Below the pieces are notes generated by a model, which saw nothing but the letters and a program-made list of their open reading frames with translations, ran no database searches and had not been told where the DNA came from. A stretch of 64,000 nt of DNA, taken from the NCBI GenBank assembly GCA_964106915.2, contig OZ066916.1. The stretch is one strand, 5' to 3'. Shown here piece after piece: positions 45,304 through 56,600 of the stretch. The stretch is from Podarcis gaigeae (taxonomy: Eukaryota). The position numbers and the translations under genes are program-made. Position 1 is the stretch's first letter, and each line of letters opens with the position of its first letter.

Positions 45304-48300
45304 ATAACACTGTGACACTAGATGGTGCTGTAGTGTTTGATCCTTCATAATTTCCCATTATGAGCTTTACAATGTGTTTTCCCAAAACTTTTTTGGATGT
45401 GTCTAGATCCAGCTGAAGTCCATAAGTCTCTGGAAATGGTCTGATAATGAGGTTGGTCATCCAATGATTCATGGACCTGTTTGCTTGTGGAATCGCCTTG
45501 CCCTATATGTGCTCAATCAACTGCTTCAATTTGCAGAATTGGCCACATACTTCATGTTCCACATTTTAAGAAATTGATTTTTTAGGTTGGTAGCACCCAC
45601 ACTTTGAAACTCCTGACTATTGACATTAGGCAGGTGCATTCACTGTATTTTTTCAGTGTCTGCTGAAAACATTTTTGTTTAGTCAGTCCTATCTAGATGT
45701 TGCTTTGTTTTAATCTTTTACTGCTAGTTTTAATTGATTTTTAATGTTTTAGTTGTTTTTAACTGTTTTTAAAATAATTTCACTATCTCTTGTAAACAGC
45801 TTAGAAGTTTTATCAAGTGGTATATAATTTAGTGTTCAATCAATCAATTGAAACTTCTTCACTTGAATTGACTGAATAATTCAAACAAACTGACACATTA
45901 TGAAAGGTAGAAAGTACGAGATGATTTAAACTGTAATGAATTAAAAGCTCATCTCTTAACTGTGAGTAAGGAGCATCCATGTTTAGAGTTCAGCCATATT
46001 TCACAATTTTCAATATGCATGTCCCAAGAAAGACAGTGTTTTGGTGACCAGCTAAGCTTATCATACCAAAATGATAAATGCCACCTTTTAGTATTTGACC
46101 TAACCACGCTTCAGACACAGCTGTGCAGAAAAGCCTCCAGAGCCTAGTTGTTGAGGCATTAAGGATGGAGAACCTGTGGCTCTTGTGGTGTGGCTGCACT
46201 TCCATTAGCCACAGCCCGTGGTCAGGAATGATGTCGCTTTAGTTCACCAACATCTGAAAGTCCACAGGTTGGAAGCAAGGTTGCTGAACAAAGTTGAAGC
46301 TTGCCTTACACAGCCCAGGGAACCACCTCAACCAGAATCAGCCAAAACCTAGGCAGAGTCCTTCTAGCTACTCTTAAAATAGTCATTTATGTGTTGCCCA
46401 AAAAGAGGAAATACATCCTGAAAAAGAGGACGAAGGAGGACACAGATTTGCATACCAGTTGCAAATGCTGCTTTCTACAACAGTGGGGAAGATGGTGATC
46501 AGGTGACCTGTGTGTCTTGCTCTGTCAGCTAACCAGGTGTTAACTGTTGCTGAACAGTTTTGAGGTCTCTGCTCTGCCCCCATAGGATTCTGTATCGTTC
46601 AGTCCAGAGCATTTGCATCTGGCAGGCCTTCAAGGAGAGAATGCTTCAAATACAGAACAGCCCTTTGCTTACTTCTAGCATAGAGGTTGGGAACCTGAGG
46701 CCTTTGGGGGCTGAATGCAGGCTTCTCTGCACATCTCTTGGGACTCTGCCCAGGCCATGCCCATAGGTCATACCTCTCACTGTGCCTTCCTCACATGCTT
46801 TTGCATAGCTGGAATGTATCCTTGAACTGTGATGATACCCAGATGGAGTGATGTGTGTCTGGTCATCCCCACCATTGGTATGCAGCTGCGCTGGAAGGTG
46901 ACCTAAAATGGAATGTGGCCCCCAGGCTACAAAGAGTTCCCCACTCCACCCTGGCTGTCATGGAGGCTTCCTAAGCTTGGTCAGACAAGCTTAGGCATTA
47001 TGCCACTCCCTTCCTCTTTGGGTGAGGGTGTTTTTCCTTGTGTCTCTAGCCCAGAGACTGTAGTGCCTTAAATTCTGTGGGTTTTTCTGTACCTGTGTCT
47101 TGAGCTGGGGATGGAGAAGAAATTCTCTGTGAGGGTTTTGGTTGGTTGGTTGGTTGGTTGTAAGTTGCATTGGGGTGTCCTGGGCAAGATAAAGTGACTA
47201 ACAAATTTAAATAGATAGTTAGATAAGGAACTGGAAACAGGATTGCACAGGATCTCTTATTTCATAAGTTCCCCAGTGGAGAAACAGGCATTGTTTCTCA
47301 CTTTCATTGGGAAAGTGTGGAGCGGAATGTCCGCTTCGAAGCAAATCACACCAGAAAAGGCAGCACAAGTTTAATGTGCCATGTTGTGAAGTCCTTACCC
47401 TCCTAAAGGTGGGGAACACACAGCAAAGTCCTTCTGAAGTTTGGCTACCACCCAACCAATGATGCAAGAATGCTTTAGTACCAGATGGAAAAACAAAACA
47501 CACAGGTCAAACTACAGTAGAATGTTTAACTTTCCATCCTAACTGGTCCTGCCCTCTGATGAGGGTTATCAGTTTTATTTTATTTTTTCTAATGGGTGAT
47601 TTAATATCCTAATTGTGGAACTTGGCCCACGTTCCACTCAAATGTTTTAGCAAAGTCTGATGTCAAGAAAAGAATTGTGTTTTGGTGGTGTTGTTGTTTT
47701 TTAATGCGGGGTGGCAGGGAGGGGGGAATAATGATCTTCAGAGAGTCTGACCTCTTGGCACAACAGAGAGATTTATCAGAGGGGGCATGTGACTAGTTAA
47801 GACACACAACCCCAGCTTGAAGGAAACAGCTGCTCATTTATGCTTTAACACTTGGCAGCTGGACAAAGAAGGGAGATGTTTGTATTGAATACCTCCGCAG
47901 AACGAAGTACAGTAAGTACGGTAATTTTCCTTGTTGTCGTTAGGCTGGGCATGTGTTTGCATTTTTATAAAGCCAGGACTGCTTCCTACTTTCTCTTCAA
48001 GCATCTTGCAAAATCCCCGTGCAGCTGAGATGCAGCTTGTCACCACTTCACTGATCCAGTTCCAAAAACAGCAGTCTTTTCCAGGACCCATTATTAGCAA
48101 GACTCTCCTTTGTGTTATAAAATGGGGACCTGCCTTACTGTGTTTTGCTTTAAGGAGGAAAAGGTAAAGTTGAATAAAATAGTTGACGGTTTGGCTTGCC
48201 AGGTTCAGGAGAGGACAGAGGTGGTGTTGCAGTGATGGAGAAGCTGCTCCTGGGAAAGTTCTCCCTTCTGCAAAACAATTACAGGTGTAAAAACCTGTCT

Positions 48301-49529
48301 TAGTTTGGAAGGGTGTGTGTCCCCTGTTAATGGTCTGATGATTTTGTTTCCCTGTCACGTTACGAAGTGGGTCACAATGTAATGTCGTCTTTGTATTTCA
48401 CTTTAGCTGTCCCGCTGCTGTTTACAAAGGAATTCATTCAAAGCAGCACAGTTTCGGGAGCTGTGGTGTGGGGGGTGGGGTGGGGAGGCAGTTGGAAGGG
48501 CACTGACTTTTGGTTAATAAAAATGAAATGAGCAGAAATGCCCTATTTCATCAACCGTGCTTGAGAGCACTTCAGGAAACATTTGCATAACTAGTATACA
48601 GAGAAGGGAAAACTGGCTTGCAACAGGCACCAGGCTTACTGCCATTTAATATTTGCTCATATTTTGGGTGGGTGCGTGGTGTTACCATCATGCTCCTAGG
48701 GGGGGCTGGCAGATAGCATGGGAGGGCGATTGCCTGTCTGCCCTGCTTGAGAACTTCCTGGAAATGACCCATTGGTCAGGTTCCTTTAATTGGTCTTATC
48801 TAAAGACTGTTCCCAAAGTACTAGCATCATAACAGTGTAAAAACCAGTGACTTTCCCATTCAGTTTGTTCCAAAATTACATTGAAGTGTTAAATGATTGG
48901 CAGAAAATTATAGACCTTTCGGTTCATTAATATAGTGTCGGGGTCATGGGAAGTGAAACCAGACAGTGATGAAAATGGGCCCTAAGTGTATCTTCTTAGA
49001 GTCTGGTTCTGAATAGGGCAGATCTCCCTTCTACGATTTTAATGTGTGTGTTTTTTACAGCTGTTCCAAATTTTGGAATGTTTATGTTGTATTAATTTAG
49101 TGTGAAGTGCCTTTGGAGGGTATATATTAGGTGTAGGGAACCTGTAGCTCTCCAGATGTTTATTGAGCTCCAGATCCCATCAGCCCAAACCTGCACTGCC
49201 CAATGGTCAGGGATGATGGGACTTCAACACATCTGGAGGGCTGCAAGTTCCCCCACCCTGGTATGCGCCCTAAAAGACAGAATAGAAATCTGTGTAGCGG
49301 CATTAGTAGTAATACATAATAATTCCTTTCCCAGAACATTTTCACACTATGTCTTTTTCCCAGAAGTAAAAAAAAAATGGTAACAGACCTTTTGCACAAT
49401 CCAGGCAAAGTTGCCCCAGATTATTGCCAAGTGATGGCTTAGCTCAAAAAGCATTGTTGCCCATGGCAAAGGACAAAATGATGTTTTTTTCCTTTCCTGC
49501 CCTGTATAACATACAGAATCTTTGCTTTC

Positions 49530-49738
49530 TGGCGGTTCTCTCACTGTAAGAAGCGAAGTTACAGGGAACCAGGCAGAGGGCCTTCTTGGTAGTGGTGCCC
49601 GCCCTGTGGAACACCCTCCCATCAGATGTCAAATAAATAAACAACTATCTGAATTTTAGAAGACATCTGAAGCTTAGGGAAGCTTTTAATATTTGATGAA
49701 TTATTGTATTTCCATATTTTGCTGGAAACTGCCCAGTT
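49530..49738 (+). mobile_element. L2 LINE 3' fragment
   Basis: gggaaccaggcagagggccttcttggtagtggtgcccgccctgtggaacaccctcccatcagatgtc...agacatctgaag. Confidence 0.75.
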
Positions 49739-50208
49739 GCTGCTTAAACTTGGGCTATGTTTTCCTTATTTTTAGTATTTATTTTAGTATTTCTCACTAT
49801 TCCATTGCAGCTGGAGTACTTATGTACCCTCCTGACAATCTGAAGAACAGCAAAAATCTATTGCATACAAGCGGCAAACAAATGATTTTCACTAATTTAT
49901 TGTAGTTGAGTATTCTGGATTGAGACCTTGATGTGTGTGTTTGCATGAACTATTCCTTTTGTTCTATTTTAATGAAAATCTCCTCCCGTCCACACAGCTT
50001 CCAGTAGCCCAGATAGGAAAAATATATTTGCACACTTTGGGAAAATATATCATAGCAAACAACAGCTTTGGGGGGCAGTTTTCATTGGGGAAAACATCAA
50101 GGAGGAAAGGGTCAATTCCCCTACTCTGTGCCACAATCCCAATCCAGATCAACCAATCCCACCAACAGCTGCTCTTTGTAAACTTTTGTGAGTGGAGATG
50201 TAGTCATA

Positions 50209-50434
50209 CAGTGGTACCTCGGGTTACATACGCTTCAGGTTACAGACTCTGCTAACCCAGAAATAGTGCTTAAGGTTAAGAACTTTGCTTCAGGATGAGA
50301 ACAGAAATCGTGCTCTGGCGGCGCGACGGCAGCAGGAGGCCCCATTAGCTTAAGTGGTGCTTCAGGTTAAGAACAATTTCAGGTTAAGAACAGACCTCCG
50401 GAACAAATTAAGTACATAACCGGAGGTATCACTG
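50209..50434. mobile_element. Tc1/mariner-type MITE, family A
   Basis: TA|CAGTGGTACCTC ... GAGGTATCACTG|TA. Confidence 0.9.
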
Positions 50435-50690
50435 TATATCTCTTTTGCCATGTCTAGTTTGGCCCTCAGATCCTTTGAGCTGATGATGCTCAGGATTCAA
50501 CCTGGGACCATCTACAACCTGCCACTCTTCTGAGAATGGACATTCCTTAGTGGTAGAACATCTCCTTCATATGTAAGTCCCAGGTTCAATGCCAAGCATT
50601 GCTAGGTAGGGTTGGGAGAGACCCTTGCCTTGAAACCCTGGAGAGCTGCTGCCAGTCAGTGTAACTGATACTCAGCTAGATGGGCCATTA

Positions 50691-50830
50691 TAGGGTTGCC
50701 ATATGTCCTCTTTTTCAAGGACAAGTCCTCTTTTCCATGGGTATGTGAAATGAAAGTCGTCGTAGGAGATCCATGGTTAAAAGCTGGCAAATGCGTCCTC
50801 TTTTTTGCTCTTCAAAATATGGCAACCCTA
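50691..50830. mobile_element. hAT (Blackjack-like) MITE
   Basis: TIR TAGGGTTGCCATAT / ATATGGCAACCCTA; degenerate duplication gg(g/a)cca(t/a)t. Confidence 0.8.
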
Positions 50831-50864
50831 GGACCAATAAAGCTGACATTGTATACTGTATATA

Positions 50865-51092
50865 CAGTGGTACCTCAGGTTACAGATGCTTCAGGTTACA
50901 GACACTTCAGGTTACAGACTCCGCTAACCCAGAAATAGTACCTCGGGGTAAGAACTTTGCTTCAGGATGAGAACAGAAATCTTTTGGCAGCGGGAGGCCC
51001 CATTAGCTAAAGTGGTGTCTCAGGTTAAGAACAGTTTCAGGTTAAGAATGGACCTCCAGAACGAATTAAGTTCTTAACCCGAGGTACCACTG
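50865..51092. mobile_element. Tc1/mariner-type MITE, family A
   Basis: TA|CAGTGGTACCTC ... GAGGTACCACTG|TA; internal tandem cttcaggttacaga repeats. Confidence 0.9.
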
Positions 51093-52733
51093 TATAAGGC
51101 AGCTTGCTACCTTAAAGATGTCCTGCATCTTTAACTGTTGTGAAATAGAGGATCTGATTTTGTACAACATTTCTGACCCTAGCTTCCAAAGCAGCACTTA
51201 GCAAAGAATAAATGAAGGGAAAGGAGCTGGGCTTGGTTGATTTTGCCCAAAACAGAGGCTTGCATTTACATGTTCAGAGGGAGTGCTCTAACAACCAGCA
51301 TCTCCTTCCCCAGTTACTAAGAGGTTAGATCTAAGATTTCAGTCCTTAGCAAGGGCATATTAAAATGTGTTATCTCCCCATCACTACTTATTTATCTGTG
51401 GTTTTTGGCCTTTCCCTCTATTCGATGCTGTCTCTACAGTGTATGAGCTCCTCTGTGATTTGTACATGTTTTTGTTTTGTTTTTTTACCAAGTAAGTGGA
51501 ATTCCATGAGAGAGGGAGAATGGACAACCCTTCAGCAGCAGCAGGCCAGGAATGTGTGAAGTGCCAGCTCCCACTTAGGAGAAACAACACATGGATTTTC
51601 CATTCAGCTGGAGGCTGATAATGTCTTTGCTTCAATTGGGGAGATGAATAGGCAGTAGAAAGAAAACAGTCCTGAGCACCAGGAACAAAACACTATAGAC
51701 AGAGATCAAGGCATAAAGCAAAATAACAAAGTCCTGCTAGGTTGCTGGAAAAGGTGCCGTGCAAAGTCGAGGCACTGAATAGGTAACAAATGTAGGCCTT
51801 TCATCTCCAAGAACTAAGCCAGTCCCAAAGCCAGGAACAATCTTACAGGTGGAAATTCCTGGCTGTCCTTTTGGTACTCACAGCCTGTACTTTTATGTGT
51901 GTCAGACAGAACGAACTGAAGGCTGCCAAATTTTCTCCTGCCTGGGGTCCCACAACTTTTAACAGCTGCTTAATGAGCAAAAATATAGCAGGTAAAGCTT
52001 CTCCTGTCTGTTACGCTATCAGAAGTTTTGCTTACTAAATTTCTGGTTCTCCCATCACACTGCTGTTAAAGTCACAGTCCTGCCAGGGTGGGGGAAGCTG
52101 GCAATCCTAACTAAATGGTATAGTTCAGGTGTGAGGAACCTCTTTCCCATGGACCTGTGGCCCTCAGGGTTCTCCTCAGGCCATGGCCACTCTCCCCAAG
52201 CCCCAGACGGGCATCTGCATGGACTCTTGGGGGAGGGCAAACTAAAACACTGAAAGGAGGAGCAGTCTAGTTTCTTGCAAATGAAATAGTGCCTGCACAT
52301 TTTGCCTGATATGTCAGGTTCTACAAATGCTAGCAACTTAAAGAAAGAAAGAAAGAAGAGCTTTTTTAAAATACTGAGATTAAGATTCGTTGGGGAAGGG
52401 TATCACTTCCCCTGGCCCTCCCCGCAGCCACTGTGTTCTCCATCCCCACTCTGCAAGTACTTTTGCCCAACTGGAATATGTTCACGAACTGTGATAAAGC
52501 CTCTTGCTTACTTAGATGGAGAGGGAGATTTGAAGCCATAATGGAGGCTACTCTCAAAAAGGTACAAGTCATATCTGTTGCCACACTGACTTTTCGTTCT
52601 GTCCTTGCATGTGATTGACATCTGGAAAGTTGCCTATGAGAGAATACAGCCCTCAGTCTGAAAAGGGTTCCTCGCTCCTGGTGTAGATATTTAAACAAGA
52701 AGAGCTGGTTCTGCTGAGAAGTTGCATTTCACT

Positions 52734-52863
52734 NNNNNNNNNNNNNNNNNNNNNNNNNNNNNNNNNNNNNNNNNNNNNNNNNNNNNNNNNNNNNNNNNNN
52801 NNNNNNNNNNNNNNNNNNNNNNNNNNNNNNNNNNNNNNNNNNNNNNNNNNNNNNNNNNNNNNN
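52734..52863. other. Assembly gap (130 N)
   Basis: Run of N. Confidence 1.
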
Positions 52864-52948
52864 AAGATGAGCTGAACCGTAAACATTTGGCCCACATATG
52901 AAACTGCAGTCTGGTTCTCTCTCCTCCCCACCTTATTTCTTTTTCCAG

Positions 52949-53077
52949 TTTTCTGGTGAAGTGGTACAGATAGTGCAACTGACAGACATCTAATGGAGCC
53001 TCTGTTGCTGCTGCTGCCGCTGCTGCCCTTCTCTGATGTGGTGGAAGTGTATTCGTTCTTTTAACAGTTAAAGGACG
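52949..53077 (+). other. RASGRP3: Probable 5'UTR part of the RASGRP3 ATG-containing exon (contains uORF 52993-53064)
   Basis: Long polypyrimidine tract 52914-52946 ending ttccag| at 52948; second possible acceptor ttcttttaacag| at 53067. Confidence 0.6.
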
Positions 53078-53147
53078 ATGGGGTCCAATACACTCGGGAA
53101 AGCCGCAACATTGGATGAACTTTTAAGCACCTGCATTAAAATGTTCG
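53078..53147 (+). CDS. RASGRP3: RASGRP3 first coding exon (coding part)
   Basis: gacgATGG strong Kozak context; [23 protein letters not shown]; donor TTCG|gtatga. Confidence 0.95.
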
Positions 53148-53576
53148 GTATGAGTCTTCCTTTCCTCCCAAGTCCATCATAAGCTTTTGTGAACTCACTT
53201 TGTCGGACCTGACAAATGGCCTTGAGTCCATGAAAGCTGATGCCATAAAAAAGTGCTTAGTCTTTTCAGGTGCCAGAAGAAAATGTACTTCATCCTATTA
53301 GAGATTTTGGTCTCTTGAGTAGGTGGGTTTCCCCTCCCCTAAAATAATGCAGCATGTGTGCTATTGCCACATGCATAATCATAATAATCTGGATGTGGGT
53401 TTTTTTTTTGGGGGGGGGGAGGGAAGAAAAAAGATGGGAAATCCTGAGATGGACTCTGAAGTTGCTGAGCCTATGCTGAGTCAACCCATTGCCAAACAAG
53501 AGAAGCGGGGAAGAAATTAACAAGATGCTGCTTGGGGCTGGATGTGAATGTGTTGAATGCTGAAGTCAGCTGAGTG

Positions 53577-53621
<45 letters not shown>

Positions 53622-56600
53622 GTCTAAAGAAAAAGGTTAGGATAAGAAAATGTTGGTTTGGACAATGGATTGGAAGAGAGACGTTATAAAATATTTAGCA
53701 AGACTAATCGAGGGTTTGTAGAACTGTTATTATCTTGATCCTTTTCACACATTTCATTCTTCCTGCATAAAGGAAACTTCTGTGTATTGTTTGTAGTGTT
53801 TTCTTTGTTGCATGTTTGCTGAGAGGGATAGTGGCATGATCAACTGCTGTGGTAAAAAGGATACTCTCACCTCAGTTGAAATGTTGCAGAACATGCTGTT
53901 TCTTACACAAATATTACCACTGTGTAGGGAAAATGTAATGTGTGAAGCAACCTTCAAGACATGAAGGCACAAATTGCTCCCGAGGTTAAAATCGTGTCAC
54001 CTTGGAAAAACAGCTGGTGTACACACATCCTTATACTGATATCATGGGTGAGTTATTCTTTCTTTATAAATGTGCTCATCTCACTGCTAATGATAGTAAG
54101 CTATTATTTTTTTACCTTTGCTAATATCACTTTAGAAAGTGTGTGTGTATGAGAGAGATGTCCAGTTGACTTTTTAATGTGCCGACTTTTACATGGTACC
54201 GTTAATTAATGCACGTTATCCACCTTGGAATGTTATATATCTGTTTTTGCAGATCACAGAGGGGAACTGAGCAACAGTCACCTGCCACGAACCTTCCTTT
54301 TAATGCACCGATGGTATCTACCATCCACAGAACTGGCAGGAAAACTTCTCTCCCTATATCCTTTCAGATACTCTATTTATTGAATAGTAGTTACTTGTAT
54401 GATTTCAGTGTAGATAGCTTTTTAGCAATGAACTTGAATAATCTTGGATTTTCTCCTTTGACTTCAAAGTGGTCATCACTGGAAGGAATGGTGTATACAC
54501 CATTGTGTACATTCTATACATTATAGAATGGCTATTTTGGAAAGAGTTGCTGTATTGCTGGAGACTAATGGCCAATGTTAGCAGTGGGTCAAATTAATTG
54601 GCCTCCTGTATTCTAGACATTTTCTTGGTGACTTTTTCATTATTCTGTTTGGTTTATCTTATTTAAAATACTCCTGTCCACACTTCCATCACAATATGGC
54701 ACCAAGACAGGGTATAATAAAAATATAATATGCTTGCAAAATCAAGTGCTGTGTTGAATATAGTGTTTATCATTTTATTAAGTGCTTAATTGAACAAGAA
54801 AATGGAACCTTAGAAAGCCACTGAAACCAAAAGGCATGGCTTTTTCTTTAACTAAGCTACATATAGAGATGCTAGTGGGGAAAACTGCAGTGAAATTCGC
54901 TTAAAAATCTGCTACTTCATGAGGTAAATGCAATTTTGCTCCGCTTGGAAGTTTGTATGTTTTCTGAATAATTAAAAAAAAAACACTTTTTGTCATCTTT
55001 TGAAAACCTGCTTTTGCTCCCATGTCTTTGTGGTGCTTAATTCCAGTACATACATTTTATTAGAACTTCGCATATTATTAAAATCAGAAGAATTTAGAGA
55101 ACAACTCAATTTTAATATGGATGTGCTCCCCCCCCCCATTTACGTACACCACCCCAAGATTCCTCTGCTAGGTGGTATAGAAATGTTTTGAGAGACTATA
55201 AATGTTTGCATGGCAGGGAAAGTTTAAATGGTTAGGGATCATCCCATCATTACACCAGTGTGTGATGGATGAACCCACACCCAAAGGACTGCTGCCGCCA
55301 ATGTAATTCAAGGCCCAAAGTTCTCTTCAACTGAGCTGTCAATTCATTTGATTTAAGGGAGACTCATTTCCCAAAAGGTGGAGTAAGTTAGGCTTTTAGC
55401 ACATAGTTGCTCCATGGCTTGATATTTGAATAACTCTGCTGTCATGATTTCAGATACTGGATTTTGGAATTTCCTGCAGAATTCAATCTGGACCTTGGTT
55501 TGGTTCGTCTGACTGAGGAGTTTCAAGAACTAGCCAGCCACCTAGGTTACGAAGAGCACATCCATCTTATTGATATCTCTAGCATGTAAGGATTACCATC
55601 TGTGAGGACTGATTATTCAGCCAGGACTTCCTAGTAAGATTGAATATTGATATTGACAGCTGTAGCAAAACAGCAAAAAGGGTAAAGGAGGTGGGAGAGA
55701 ACAATAATTAGGTAACTTGTCATCCCAGTACTGATCATTGTAACATTTTTAAAAATTCTTCTCCTTGTTCTTTGTGGTGTTATTTTTTTATTAGAAAAAA
55801 ACCCACTAGTTAAAATAAATATAAAATTTGGAACGTGTCTCTCTGATGTGTAATGAAGTAGAACTCTGTGTTTGCTACCTCAGTTGACTGCTATTAGCAA
55901 TGATAACTAAATTGACTCACCAGGTTCAGAAGTAATATATGTCTGAATGCCATTTGCTGGGGACAAACAAGAAAGAAAGAGAGCTGTTGCCTTCATGCCC
56001 TGGATTTGTGCACCACCTGGAGGAAGGACCAGGCCAGCCAGCAGCAGCTGTTGAGGGTGGCACAGGAGAGACACCATTGCTCTCTTGTCTTCCCAACACA
56101 ATGAGCCACTGGCTCTTACCGAGAGGGAGAGGAATGGAGTGAGTTGTGATGAACTTGGCCCACTGCAGCAAATTGTAAAGGAGCCAGTTTGACATTCTCC
56201 ACCATGCATGGCATGGGCCAAAGCTCCTTGCCCCTCCACTCTCTCACTATGTATTCACCCATGTCTGCTGTGTTGGAAAGACAGGAGAGCAATGGTGCCC
56301 CCCATACACACACTGCCTCACTGGCTGCTATTGACATCGACTACCATTAGAAACTGAGGTGCTGGATGTAATGGGCCCTTGTTCTGATCCAACAGAGCTA
56401 TTCTTACAGACTCGTCTTCAGAAAGTTTCAAAACAGCTCTCCGTTTAGGTAAGACATAGCTAAATTGGTTTTCATTTCCTTTTTTGTGGAACATCTAAAT
56501 TGAAGGAGATATCACTGTTTGACTTCACACAAACAAAATGCAGGGGTTCTTGGCAGTGCCATCACTTGGTTCTAGTTCCATGTTTGTATTATTTGGGTGT

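Larger units (their letters stand above)
50545..51110 (+). mobile_element. tRNA-derived SINE with a CR1-like tail, interrupted by two DNA transposons
   Basis: Head agtggtagaacatc...cccaggttcaatgcc, body gaaaccctggagagctgctgccagtcagtgta...gctagatgg, tail taaggcagctt resuming after 51092; related copy at about 15960-16140. Confidence 0.65.

Noticed and set aside
47834-48358. Longest ORF in the track (174 aa, minus strand)
   Set aside because: Non-ATG start, no recognisable domain, no splice support; probably chance.
53078-53098. Possible N-myristoylation of RASGRP3 (Met-Gly start)
   Set aside because: MGSNTL lacks Ser/Thr at position 6; unsupported.
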